A stretch of 64,000 bases of DNA, taken from Mobula hypostoma. Taxonomy: Eukaryota. Positions 50,085 to 63,018 of this stretch are shown in pieces. The stretch covers positions 62,622,001 to 62,686,000 of the forward strand of contig NC_086108.1 of assembly GCF_963921235.1 (NCBI RefSeq), in the 5' to 3' direction. Under the pieces are notes generated by a model. The model did not search any database, was not told the origin of the DNA, and saw nothing but the letters and a program-made list of their open reading frames with translations. The stretch's first letter is position 1; each line of letters opens with the position of its first letter. Position numbers and translations under genes: made by a program.

Positions 50085-51930
50085 AAGGACATCTTCAGTC
50101 TCTCACTGCTGCAGTCAGAAGTTCCTACCTGCTTTAAAAGGGCTACAATCATACCAGTGAAAAAGAAAAACAGAGTGAGTGGGCTCAGCAGCTATCATGC
50201 AGTGGCACTCTCATCAAATGTGATGAACTGCTTTGAGAGGTCGCCATGGCTACAAGCAACTTTTGCTTGCAATCTTACTGGCTCTCCACTTGGCCTTGGA
50301 TCACCTGAATGATAGTAATACCTATGTCAGGCAACTGAATGGTTGGGTTTCCTTACCAGGAGATCTCAGTCAGTGTGGATTAAACATAGCATCTCCTCCT
50401 TGCTGACAAGTAACATTGACACATGCCAAGGATGTGTGCTTAGCCTACTGCTCTACTCTTTCTACACCCACAATTGTGTGGACAGGCACAGCTCAAATGC
50501 CATCTATAAATTTGCTAATGACACAGCTATTGTTAGCTGCATTTCAGATGGTCATGAGGTGTGTACAGGAGCAATATAGATCAGCTGGTTGAGTGGTGTT
50601 GCAACAACAAACTTGTACTCAATGACCAAGAAATTGATTGTGAACTTCAGGAAGGGAAGTCAAGGGAACACACCTGTCCTCATTGAGGGGTCAGCAGTGC
50701 AAAGGGTGAGAAGTTTCAAGTTCCTGGGTGTCAACATCTCTGACGAACTATCCTCTGTCAGACATATTTATACGTTCACAAAGAAGGCACGACAGCAGCT
50801 ATATTTCATAAGGAGTTTAAGGAGACTTGCAAATTTCTACAAGTGTACCTTGGAGAGCATTCTGACTGGTTGCCTCACCATCTGGTATGGAGGGGTCACC
50901 AAACAGGATCAGAAAAAGCTGCAGAAAGTTTCAAGTTCTGCCAGCTCTATCATAGGCACTAGCTGCCCTAGAGGACACCTTCAAAAGGAGATGCCTCAGA
51001 AGGGCAGCATCCATCATTAAGTACCCCCATCACCCAGGACATGCCCTCTTCTCTTTCCTACCATCAAGGTACAGGAGGCTGAAGACACACTCAGCGTTTC
51101 AGGACAAGCTTCTTCTCCCTGCCATCAGATTTCTGAATAGACAATGAAACCATGAACACCACCTCATTATTTCTTTCCTTTCTTTTAGCACTCCTTGGCA
51201 GGAGGAGAGAGAGCAGCGCACCGTGCGTGCGCAGCCCTCCGGCGAAAAATGACATCGTATCTGTTAAATAGGGGCCGTGGACAATTCTGATTTGATGGAG
51301 AGGGACGTGAAAGCACAGAGGAACATCTGGAGAAATTTCTGAATCGCTCGTTCACTGCTGTCGTTACTGCGTGGTTGGGAATCTTTTGGAGAGTAGGTCT
51401 CAAAATCCCCGGCTTTGCCTGCTTTTGGCGTCCGAGGTTGAGGTCGAATCGTTCAGACAGAGATGGTGCTCAGTACTTGGTGTGGAGAGCTGATCAGAGT
51501 TTGTAGTTTTCGGATGACTCAGAGTCGGACTGTGGTCGGCATGGCAGGGAGAATTCTTCCTTCTCCCGTCTGCATGAGATGTGGGACATTTGAGAGACTT
51601 TGAACTTTACTGTGCTCATGGACTTCTTCATCAAGTTATGGTATTGTGCACTGTTGTAACTATACGTTATAATTATGTGCTTTTGTCAGTTTTTTCAGTC
51701 TTGGTCTGTCCTGTGTTTTGTGATATCACACCGGAGGAAATATTGTATCATTTCTTAATGCATGCATTACCAAATGACAATAAAAGAGGACTACCTGTCT
51801 CCATAATCTAATTTTTTTATGTATGCATATGTCATTCATAATTTTTTATCATGTATTGCAATGCACTGCTGCCACAAAACAACAAATTTCACGACATATA
51901 CCAGTGGTATTAAACCTGATTCTGATTCCC
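50085..51930 (+). mobile_element. Decayed Rex1/Babar LINE
   Basis: QGCVLSLLLY, YKFANDT, SFKFLGV, CTLESILTGCLTIWYGG; (attctg)n tail. Confidence 0.85.
51193..51812 (+). mobile_element. CpG-rich non-coding insertion in the Rex1 3' UTR (SINE-like, family unassigned)
   Basis: Abrupt CpG-rich block; ends with caataaaag and a short ataatctaat tail; host Rex1 UTR resumes afterwards. Confidence 0.55.
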
Positions 51931-52802
51931 CCCACTTGAAACATTGCCGCTTCAGTGAGGATTTTTGAAATGTGTACATCCAGTATCGAAGAGCCCTTTC
52001 ACGAGAGAAAGTAAAATTGGGGAGAAAAATTATTTGACAGTGCCACGAAATGGTCATGTGCAATAGCAAGCAGTAACTTCTCTGAACTTCACTGCTGCAG
52101 CTGTGTACACAAGGACACACCAGGAAAATTTAACTGTTTAAATATTCTGGTTCACTGTAGAATTTACTTTTGACTTGGGCTGGGTTTGGCATCAAAGATA
52201 TTCTGAGGAATTAAAAAGAATCTGATGCCAGTGACATTTCAATCCAAGGAATGCTGTGTGGGAGCAGACTGCAATTCAGTCTATCTCAGAACATTTGGCC
52301 ACCTCTGAAGTGTTATTAAAGTGACAATTTTGATGTGTCATGTTGGAAAGGTCAACGAAAGTGAAAGAAGTAGGCCACATAAGCAAGGAATTTGCTTATC
52401 AAGTTTCCTGACTGTGTTGTGTACGATTAGTCCCCAGCTGTCACACTTTACTTGTGCCTGCTTTACTGCCCACAAACCTTCTAGCCTAAGCCCTCCAGGG
52501 ACTTTCGTTTGTCAAAGAGAGCATGTTGTGTGCATCTGATACTGTCAGTTTGGCAGCAGAACATTTCTCGCTGCATTTCCAAATCTCCCTACCCTGAATC
52601 AGCACACAGACAAGCGATTAAAGAAAGATACCCACTGTGGCAGCTGAGTCACATGAAAAGCTGGAATTGTTTAAAATCACATAAAATGTTTCCCTCTTTA
52701 AAAGAAAGTACCATAAAGTCCTTGTTTCAGAAAAACCTCTTTGTAACTGAGAATTTAAAGAAACAATCCCCACAAAAGATACACAACACACATAAAAAAT
52801 AA

Positions 52803-53078
52803 GATGGAATATAAGGTGTTGATCCTACAACCTCAGTGTAGCTTCATCTTGACAGTAGAGGAGGCCGTAGATAGACATGTCAGAATGGGAATGGGACGTG
52901 GAATTAAAATGTGCGGCTGCTGAGAGATCCTGCTTTCTACTGTCAAGATGAAGCCACACTCAGGTTGGAGGCACAACATCTTATATTCTGTCTGGGTAGC
53001 CTCCAACCTGATGGCATGAACATTGACTTCCCTAACTTCCGTTAATGCCCCACCTCCCCTTTGTACCCTATCCCCTAT

Positions 53079-53109
<31 letters not shown>

Positions 53110-53530
53110 TCTATCTATTTATTTATTTATTATTTACTCTCTTTTTTTTCCTCCCTCTGTCTCTCTCACTATAACTCCTTGCCCATCCTCTGGGTTTTTT
53201 CCCCCCTCCTCCCCCTTTCTTTCTCCCTAGGCCTCCCGTCCCATGATCCTCTCCCTTCTGCAGCCTTGTATCCCTTTTGTCAATCAACTTTCCAGCTCTT
53301 AGCTCCATCCCTCCCCCTCCTGTCTTCTCCTATCATTTCAAATATCCCCCTCCCCCTCCCACTTTCAAATCTCTTACTGCTTCTTCTTACAGTTAATCCT
53401 GACGAAAGGTCTTGGCCCGAAACATCGACTGTACCTCTTCCTAGAGATGCTGCCTGGCCTGCTGCGTTCACCAGCATTTTTATGTGTGTTGCTTGAAATT
53501 CCAGCATCTGCAGATTTCCTTGTGTTTGCA
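52803..53530 (+). mobile_element. Penelope-like 3' fragment with short inverted 5' segment and hammerhead motif at 53395-53430
   Basis: 52803-52860 is the reverse complement of ~52937-52993; aatc-CTGACGA-aaggtcttggccc-GAAA-catc-gact. Confidence 0.85.
53076..53135. repeat. (ATTT)n microsatellite
   Basis: Direct reading; includes a few atct variants. Confidence 0.9.
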
Positions 53531-53879
53531 CCCACAAAAGATACGAAGCATTTTTTGTGTGATTGATAATGATGCACACAAAGTTTTAAAAAGCAATAGA
53601 ATTGTATAAATTAAAATGTTCTTGTTCACCCGGCAGATTGTAGAGTCTCAAGGGTGGAGGGAAAAGGAACCTAGTTATATTCGTGTTGCTCATAAAACAT
53701 GAGAAATTTGTTTTTCAGGAAAAGGTACATAATACTTACAGTTCTCAACCAAGAGTGATTTTAAACATTAGATTGATATTGATATTTACAGAAACCATGC
53801 AGAATGACATAATTCACTTAACCCTGGACTTGTGATCAAGTCTTTGGATGATATGAAGATAGGTGGAGGGGCATGTAGT

Positions 53880-54540
53880 GCCAAGGAAACAGGGAGTCTG
53901 CACCTACCTGTTCACCTCCTCCCTCACCTCCATTCTGAGCCCGAAACAGTCCATCCAGGTGAGGCAACACATCATCTGCAAATCTATTGAGGCCATCTGC
54001 AGTGTCCGGTGCTCTCGATATGGCCTCCTCTACAGTGGTGAGAACAAATGTAAACTGTAGGACCACTTTTTTGAGCACCTTCACTCCATATGCAAAAACC
54101 AGGATTTCCCGGTGAGATGAGACCACTCTCAGGTTGAAGGAACAACACCTCATATTCCATAAGGGTAGCATGAATATTGTTTTCTCCAGCTTCTGGTAAT
54201 TCTCCTCACCTGTCTATCACCCGCCCCCCAGGTGCTTCTGCTCTTCCTTCCCTTTTTCCCATGGCCCCTGCTCCTCTCCTATTAGATTCCTTCTTCTTCA
54301 GCCCTTTGCTTTTTCCACCTATCACCTCACAGTTTCTTACTTCATCCCCTCTCCCCCACCCACCTAGCTTCACCTATCACCTTCCAGCTTGTAGTCCTTC
54401 CTCTCCCCTTCTTATTTTGGGATCATCCCTCTTCCTTTCCAGTCCTGATGAAGAGTCTCAACCCAAAGTGTTAACTATTTATTCCTTTCCATAGATGTTG
54501 CCTGACCTGCTAAATTCCGCCAGCATTTTGTGTGTGTTGT
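53880..54540 (+). mobile_element. Decayed Penelope-like fragment (GIY-YIG remnant plus pLTR, mutated hammerhead at 54441-54476)
   Basis: ORF with ICSVRCSRYGLLYSGE; similarity to 24130-24940. Confidence 0.8.
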
Positions 54541-57500
54541 TAGGAATGTGCAGAAGGACTTTGACAGAGTAGTAGAAGGGGCCATGATGGAATGGTGGAG
54601 CAGACGTGATGGGTCAAATTCCCTAATTCTGCCTCTATGTCCTATGGTCTTTCCCAGATCATAAAAAAAGGATTTTACAAAGACTAGGACTTCAAGAACT
54701 CACTGAGGTTTCCATAGATATGTTGGAAACTGACACCCCTCAGCAGTTTGTAAAGAAATGATTAATGTTGAGAAACTGGGTGTAAGGGTTTGCCAAGGTT
54801 GTTGTAGGAATCTGTGAAGTTTGTGGTGGAACCAGTTTTTGAAAGGGTTTTAGTATTTGATTTATACTTTAGTTTATTTTGGACTCTGCTTTTGCAGATC
54901 ACCACCCAATCTGTGTTTAATATAGAAAGGGAAGGTCAAATATTGCATAGAATATGGTATTTCCCACACTCCTGTAACATATTGTTGAAGGATGCTTAGG
55001 AATAGTGGAAATGTACGTGTCAATGTGTTATGGTGAACTGAAACAACCAATGCCAATTGTCCAGCTGACAAGCAATCCCAGAGGACTTCCACTGTTCGGT
55101 CATCATTTCTATCAATGTCACCAATGTTCTTGGATGTACTGTTGAGTTTTGAATTTTGAGATTTTTGTAGTTGTGTGGTTTTACTGAATAAATATTTGTT
55201 TGTTGTCCCAACTTTGTCTCCTGGCCTTGGGCCTCATCAGAAGTTCAAGGCGAGCAAACACAACAAATTGGTGGCGAGGTGCTATATTATATCGGCATGG
55301 TAATTTCAGCAGATGACATACATGCAACTTTATAACAGCAGCAAGCTCAATTTGAGATGCCCCAGCTGAAGTTAGTCAAAACCTTGACCAGCAGGTTATC
55401 AGTGAGTCCAATGACATTGGTGTCAAACACTGAACTGAACTCATGCTAGTCAGTTGCATCCATTGCCTAGTTCCAGTTTGATGGCACCTCAGGAGTTACA
55501 TTTGAATCATGTTTCAAATGTTACGAAGGTATATTCTGGGTTGAGTTCACCAGTGAAGTTGATTCATGGAAGACATGCACTTTGCTCCGAAAGTTGGGTA
55601 CTGTTGAACATGAACATTATTTCAACTTCATTCTCTCTTAGATCCTGCATGACCTATCATTTGACGAAACCATCCAACAGCTAGCAAGCATTTCTGGAGA
55701 GCAATCATCTTTCTTCAGTGTCTGCTACCATTGCCTAAAACTTGAATTGAATTGACTTGAATTGACTTTATTACTTACATCCTTCACATACGCGAGGAGT
55801 AAAAATCCATTAAAGACGTTAAACACGAGACCAATGACTTCAACACATACGCCAGTGTCAACAGGCATGAATGAGAGAAGATCAAGCTGGGTAACTTGAC
55901 TGAATCACAGTGCAATTGTCAATTTTTTTTTCAGACACCAGGCACTGGCAATGCCACACTTGCACACGGCTCGTGGCTAGACCGGAGCAAAACCCTGAAA
56001 TGACTCTACAAGCTGTCATTCAATTTTTTCAGTGTTCATTCAACCTGAAACATGTTTCAAACCCTGTCGAAAAAAAACATGTTAATGCATCTTGCAATAG
56101 CCCAGACATCATCACTCAGCATCCTAACACAACTTGTTCAAACTATGGTGAATGGAATTATGCAAAAAACTGCAACTACAAGAAACTCATTTGCAGCAAG
56201 TGCCAACGCCATGGTCACAAAGAAGGCTTTTGCCTTCCTTCATTGTGTTCTAAGTCAGTAAAACACAAGCACAAAGCCACAAGGAATCTACAAGGAATTT
56301 AATGGTCATGTTCAATCAGCCTGGGCCCCTACCTGTCAAACCAGCTCATAACTCTGCCTGCTGTGCACTGGATGGAATCCTCCGGGTGATTGACGAGCTC
56401 ACTGCATGGCGAAGCTGAACAGTAACCAAGTCAATGGTGTGTATTATGTAACGGACCAGCTAGATCTAAATATCCTTGGCATGGACTGGATGGACAAGCT
56501 TGATCTCTGGACCATCCCTCTGGATGAGGTCTGTTTGAAGACATTGGCCGTTCAAACCATGTTGACACCATACCGCCATCAGTATGTGAGACCATATAAC
56601 AACAACTGCAATTGCGCTATGCAGCTCCAATAGTCATTATCAAGAAAGCCAACAGTAGTGAGGTTCTGTGAAGACCTCAGCTGGTTTCAGTGCAGCTCTG
56701 GAGACACATCACTTCCCATTACTGGTATGATCAGATGTCTTCACAAAATTGAATGATGGTCACTTCTTTGTGACGTCAGATTTGGCTGAAGCCTACCTCC
56801 AGGTGGAAGTGACAGAAAATTGGCAGGAGCTTCTCACCATTACATCACACAAGGGGTTGTTTTCCTTCCTCTGCCTGCCTTTCGGAGTAGAGGTGGCTCC
56901 TTCAGATGTCCAACAGTTTATTGACATCCTGTTGAGAGGTATTAATATTGTTGCAGGTTACGTCGACGACATCATTGTGATGGGCACAGATCTGACAGAA
57001 GTATGCCAATGACAGGATCACATTTTGAACAAGACTTTAGATTGAGACTTCAGGCAGAAAAATGCAACCATCTGACATCCTCAATCACCTATCTGGGACT
57101 CATCATAGATGAGTACAGTCATCACCCAAATCCTGAAAACATCACTGCTCCCTTAAAGATACCTCCACCATCAAATGTCAGCACTTTATGATCATTTTTG
57201 ACCTTGATCAGTCATCATACAGCAATTCTCCCAGCCATGAATGAGCTGAGGGAGGCACTAAATGCCTTGTTCAACTCTGGTGCCACATAACAATGGTTCA
57301 AACATTACTTTTAATCAGCTGAAGAATATGCTGGCATCTGACCTTCCTTTGACATATTTTAACCAAGTGTTACCAATCATCATCGCAACAGATGCTTCTA
57401 ACTATAGGGTGGAAACTGTCATATCCCTAATGCCCCTGAAGTTTCTGAAGAAGCTGTCATGCATGCAGCCACATCACTGGTGGCAGTAGAAAGAAACTAC

Positions 57501-57764
57501 GGATGAAGAAAGAAGTAAGCCTTGGGAATAATTTTTGGTGTGAAGAAATTCCACAAGATGCTTATGGCAAATGTTTCCCTCTCTTTAAAGGTTCAAAGGT
57601 TCATTTCATTGTTGAAGTCTGCATGTACAATACGACTCTGATATTTCTCTTCTCCAGATAGCCATGAAATACAGAAAGACCATACATCAACTCCCCACGT
57701 ACGAAAAAGAAAAAAAACAAAACACACAGACCCCAAAATTCCACACCCCCCGCAGAAACAAGCA

Positions 57765-58228
57765 GCAACAATAGCAACAACTCTCCACACTCACAGAAAA
57801 AAACAGTGATAATAACAATCCCAAAGCCTCTTACGCGGAAAAAAAAACAGTGACAATAACAATCTCCGACCCACCCACTCACAGAGAAAAATAGTGACAA
57901 TAACAATCCCCGACCCCGTCACTTACAGACAAAACAGTCACAATAACAAACCCTGAATCCCTCACTCACAGAAAAAAACAGCGACAATAACAATCCCCAA
58001 CCCCCTCACTCACTGATAAAAACAGTGACAATAACAATCCCCAACCCCGTCACTTACAGACAAAACAGTCACAATAACAAACCCTGAATCCCTCACTCAC
58101 AGAAAAAAACAGCGACAATAACAATCCCCAGCCTCCTCACTCATGGAAAAATTAGTGACAATACCAATCCTCAACAAATTCACTCGCAGAAAAAGCAGTG
58201 ACAATAACAATCCCTGACCCTCTCACTG
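57765..58228. repeat. Minisatellite, about 11 units of 43-44 bp, attached to a retroposon-type tail (57590-57700, minus strand)
   Basis: Unit approximately aaaaacagtgacaataacaatccccaaccccctcactcacag. Confidence 0.9.
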
Positions 58229-58352
58229 AGAGGCAGGACTCGTCCCGTAATGTCGACTGTACTCTTTTCCATAGATGCTGTCTGACCTGCTGAGTTCATC
58301 CAACACTTTGTGTGTGTTGCTTGGATTTCCAGCATCTGCAGATTTTCTCTCA
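58228..58352 (+). mobile_element. Penelope pLTR end fragment inside the Gypsy element
   Basis: tgtcgactgtactcttttccatagatgctg...ccagcatctgcagattt. Confidence 0.75.
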
Positions 58353-59109
58353 TCTCTGACTAGTCTTTGATTTGGAAATCAACCCAGGATCTTGGTCATG
58401 CAGACGCCCTCTCTTGACTTATGAATTAGCAGGTTACTGAAAATGAAGATGTATCTGTAATGGCGTTTCAATTGATTACGAAGTCCACTGGGTTGTATTG
58501 GAAAGTCTTCTGGTTCGGGTCAATGAGATCAGAGCAGCAACTGCTACAGATCTACATCTTCAGTGTATCTCCAGATACCTCACTGATGGAAGACCAGTCA
58601 AGGTTGCGGTTGATGTCATACCCTTCTACCAGCTTCATACATCACTCTCAAGTGTGGACTTCTGCCTAGTGTTTGGAAGCAGAATCGTGATTCCATGAAC
58701 ACTTCAATCAAAGGTACTGAAATATTCCCATTGTGGTCACCCAGGCATCAATCGAATGAAAGCCCTGGCAAGAAGCTTTGTGTCCTGGCCAGACATAGAT
58801 GAAGGTATCACATCCATATGCAAGCAGTGTATGCAGTGCTGCATAAGACCAAAGAATCCAAGTAAAGCTGATCCACAACCAAGGCCTCAGACTACCTGAC
58901 CACGGAGTCAAGTACATATTAGCTTTGCTGGCCCATTCAACAGGTGTACTTATCCTATCCTGGTTGACGCCTATTCCGGAAGTATTGAAGATGCTGCTGG
59001 TGAAGCCCAGTCACAACTTGCTGGTAGCAAACAAAATAAACAAAAATATAAAGTATTGTACTAATCACACTTATTCTTGGATATGATCATTGCAATCATT
59101 AGCCTGTAA

Positions 59110-59865
59110 CTTCCCTTTCAGGATTGAGATTGTGAACCGCCTGTACAAACTGCCATTTTTTGGTGTGAACTGAAGCTTCAAAGGTGCAGGACAGTTGCCA
59201 GGTGGGCTGAGTGGGCCGACTCGAGGCACCAGGGCCCAGGCCCAAGAGGGGGGGATAAGCCAATGTATGGCCATTGCTGGAGTGGGTTTGCAGGCAATTC
59301 AATGCACCAGAGTCGGGGCGGTGGGGCCTGGGTCTGAGAGTGAGGCAAGACCGGAGCTTTGACTGGCCTACAAGCCGGGCCGAATTGGAAAGGTCGAGTA
59401 TGGGCTGAATCAAGGCAGTGGGACCCGGGCCGGAGACTGTATTGAAGCAACTGAGCTGAGTCCAGGAGCGAGGAACGACCCGAGGTTTGGACAATTTAAG
59501 CACCGGGCCAGATTGAAAAGGTCAGGATTTTGGGGCCAGAGGTGGGGGACGGGCTGGCTCAGCTCACGCTCTGCAAGGTTTACTCATTTCTGCGCCAAAC
59601 CAAGTCCATGGCCTCCTGAATCGCTGCAGTGATGACTGGTTTTGTGGCTCTGGACTCACCTTCATGAACTTCAGTTCTGAATGTTATTTGCTTGTTTTTA
59701 TTATTTGCACAATTTCTTTTTTTCTCTGCACATTGGATGTTTGACAGCCTTTTTTAATAGGTTCTATTGGATTTCTTTGTTTTGTAGCTGCCTGTAAAGA
59801 GATGAATCTCAAGGCTGTATATAGATTAATGTACATTTTTTGATGATAATTGTACTTTAGAACTT
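59110..59865 (+). mobile_element. Non-autonomous retroposon-like repeat inside the Gypsy integrase region
   Basis: Same family as 5455-6150; tail gtactttagaacttt. Confidence 0.6.
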
Positions 59866-61454
59866 TTTGATTATCTATGAAGTCAAAAACAATAGAGGCT
59901 ACCGGTCAAAAGCTGCCTCAGAACTTCTGCCACTTTGGGATGCTAGAAATGACAAAAACACTCAATTCATTTCACAGCAATTTGTTGAATTCTGCCAGAA
60001 CAGCACAGTTATCCACATCCCTCCACCCACCCCCACCCCCCGCCTCATATCAAAGGCCAAGCAGAGAAGTTTGTGGTTAATTCTGCTGTGGATACACTCA
60101 AGTGGTCACTTCTGAAATCAAGTGGGAAAGGAGCATAAACCAAGGCTCTCAACAAGGCTCTGCTGACATATCGAATTATACCGCACTCAGGCCTCAAGGG
60201 CAAGTCTCCAGTGGAGGTGCTTTTCGGAAGAAATCTGCGTACAGTCTTGGATGCAATGCTGCCACAATGTCCAACATCTGAGACAGAAGCCCTAATGGGT
60301 GAAGTCATTCAAGCTCAGAGCTGCATTGTGGGCTAGAGAGTATCACAATGGGCAAGACCACTAGGTACCAGGTCAGATTGTCAAAATGAATGGGGTAAGT
60401 GCTCTATGAAGTTATCATGCACGGACTTTGCTGGTGTCACCACATCAACCAGTTGGAGTCGTGTGCTCCTGAAGGCACAACAAGTTCGTTGAGCAGATCA
60501 TCAAACACAGAGCTGGACCTTCATCTCCTCCTGGAAAGGTTTGGTTTACCACAACCAATCCAACCAGCAGTGGCAACATAGCCACAAGCAATATCACAAC
60601 AAGAAAGTGACATCAGCAACCACTAAGGAGGACAGATCGCCAGCGTAAGCCGGTTGCTCCAATCCAAATCAACCCTCAGCTCAAATCATAAAATCATCTT
60701 CAAGAGGAAGGTGTTACGACAAGCCAAAATAGGCAACGCCTATTGGTCAGCTGACAACCAATTATTTGGCTCGGCACTTAGACTGGTCGAACTTTGGGTC
60801 TTTCCTCACTCTCAGATACGGCTGATTTTCACTGATTGGCTGTTGTTCCTGTCAATGTCTTGGGTAAACCATTTATATAGTCCTGTTTTGGGATGTATAG
60901 TTGAGTTTTGAGTTTTGAGATTTTTGCACTTTATTTTGTGTTCCGGCTTTGTTCTGTCTCCTGTCCTCGGGTCTCATCACTAGTTCTAAGTGAGCATACA
61001 CAACAGGATGTATATTAGTTGTCTTTTGTTAGTTATCTTTGGGAATCATAAGGGTTCATAAAAAAAATAAGATGTTTGCAATTTTCACCATGATAAAGTG
61101 TAGCGTACACACCCTCTGAAAGGGAAGTATATACAGGCTGTGCTGCATTTGGTCAGTGCTTCCTTGCTGCTGCCAGCATTTATTTGCATTGTATATTCCC
61201 TCAGTGCAAACAAAATAGCCATTAGTCTGAAAATGCCAGAAACAACACCATATGGTTACTCATATCATCTATTACACAGGGGAAAAAATGAGAATATTGA
61301 TCATTTTCAAAGTAATAGAATCATTACTCTATACAGTAACAAATACAAAACTAAGTCTTATGATTTTGTTTAGTGTTATTGAGGTTTGCTGAAGTCTTAG
61401 TTATACTTCAAAGAACTGTCTAAATAGTATTTCCAACCATTGAGTTTGGACTGG

Positions 61455-62390
61455 GTAGACTTCAAGAGCCAAATCCAAAATAAACAGTGAAATATAAATA
61501 CTAAAACCCTTTCAAAAGCTGCGTCTACCACAAGCTCATGGAGTCCCACAACTCCCTTACCAAAACCTCCCACCCAGCTTCCTATAAACATTCGTTCCTT
61601 GTAGTCTCTCTGCCTCTGGTGCATCTGTTCTGACTGCACCAGTGTCCACACCAGTGCTTCCAAGATGGCACAAACTCTCCTTTGACTGAAGCTCGACATT
61701 GTCTGTTTTACTACCCATTCATTTTCTCATACCCACTCTCCTTCTGAAAAGATCAGGGATAGGTTTCCCAGTGTCCTCAACTTCGACTTCTTCACATTGA
61801 ACTGATTATCATCCAATACCTCCAATGAGAAGCTATCACTACACACACCGTGTCATCTTTCAGCATTTCAAAGTGACCTTTCCCTTTGTACTACACAGGG
61901 TCACTCTTCCATCTCCCTTTTATTGCATCTGCAGGAGGCACAACACCTGCCCTTTTACCTCCAACCTGCTACACAGGTCTTCAAACACTTTCTTTCAGGT
62001 GAAACAGCCATTTACTTCCAGTACAGTGCACTGTATTTAGTGCTGATTGTGGTGTTTGCTATACAGGAGAAACTAAGTGCCTATGGGCTAAACAGTTCTA
62101 ATCTGTACATTAATATGAACCCAAGTTTCAAGATCCTTACCATTATAAATCTCCATCACACTTCATAGGAACATAAGAATAAAAGAAATAGGAGCAGGAG
62201 TAGGCCATCTGGCCTATCGAGCCTGCTCCATCATTCAATAAGATCACGGCAGATCTGGCTATGGACTCATCTTCATCTACCTGCATTGTTCCCATAACCT
62301 TTAATTCCCCTACTATGCAAAAAATACCTTTCTATTTTGATATTCTTGTTTTTGGCCCCTTCTACACTCCAATGAAACCCATCGTACAAA
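61455..62390 (+). mobile_element. Old Penelope-like RT-C-terminus/GIY-YIG remnant, interrupted by a CR1 3' end (minus, 62170-62320)
   Basis: VYHKLMESHNSLTKTSHPASYK...ICSD resembles the Penelope Y.K.TDSH.YL...S.HP motif; ttcaggtgaaacag matches 24218. Confidence 0.6.
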
Positions 62391-62394
62391 ATAA

Positions 62395-63018
62395 GAGCAG
62401 AAAATACTGGAAGTACTCAGCCAGCCAAGGCAGCAGCTGAGGAAAAAAAATAGTTAATGTTTCAGGTCTGACACCCTTCATTACAAGTGAGAAAGAGAAA
62501 AACAAGTTAGTCCAGGTAGCAGAGAAGATGAAGGAGGACAATGAGTTAAATAAAAAGAATTTCTCTAATACGGCGAGTTCACGTGACAGTTAAAGAGCAG
62601 TTAAGCCCATGTAATGTTTTGCAAATGTTATAAGACTGGTGTAATGTTGTGAGTGTGGCCAGTGGGGACGTGCTGAGCAAGCCAGAATATACAAATGAAA
62701 CCAAAAGGAAAAATCAGGATGGCAGGCAAAAATGGCCAGCCCTAACAGAAACAGAAAGAAAGTATGGATTACCCAACATTGGAGAATTTGATCTTGATTC
62801 TTGTTGGTCGTAATGTCCCCAGATTAGGTGTTTTTCTTTGGGCCTGCCTACTATTTCCATTTTCTGACCAAATTTCACAACATTACAGAGACTTGCTTCT
62901 CTCTTGTTTACAGCTTGTTTCTCTTTTTCCCAGTTCAGTCTCAGACCTGAAATGTTTACTGTTTCACTTTCCGCAGATGTTGTTTGACCTGCTGAGTGCT
63001 TACAGCATTTTCTGGCTT
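62395..63018. mobile_element. Old fold-back Penelope-derived element
   Basis: Inverted arms ~62395-62530 / ~62895-63018, e.g. aatgtttcaggtctgac vs ctcagacctgaaatgtt. Confidence 0.6.

Larger units (their letters stand above)
55026..61005 (+). mobile_element. Decayed Gypsy (Ty3) LTR retrotransposon with both LTRs
   Basis: LTRs 55026-55265 and 60712-61005 (tgtta...cacaaca); PBS-like tggtggcgagg; PPT aagaggaagg 60702-60711; order RT (DLAEAYLQV, LPFG, YVDDII), RNase H (DASNY), integrase (HCGHPG..RMKALARSFVSWP). Confidence 0.9.

Noticed and set aside
57765..58228. CRISPR-like repeat array
   Set aside because: The sequence between the conserved parts is itself repeated and there are no unique spacers or cas genes; the context is eukaryotic.
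55021..61010. Target-site duplication of the Gypsy element
   Set aside because: The flanks caatg and ggatg match at only 3 of 5 positions, so no TSD is claimed.
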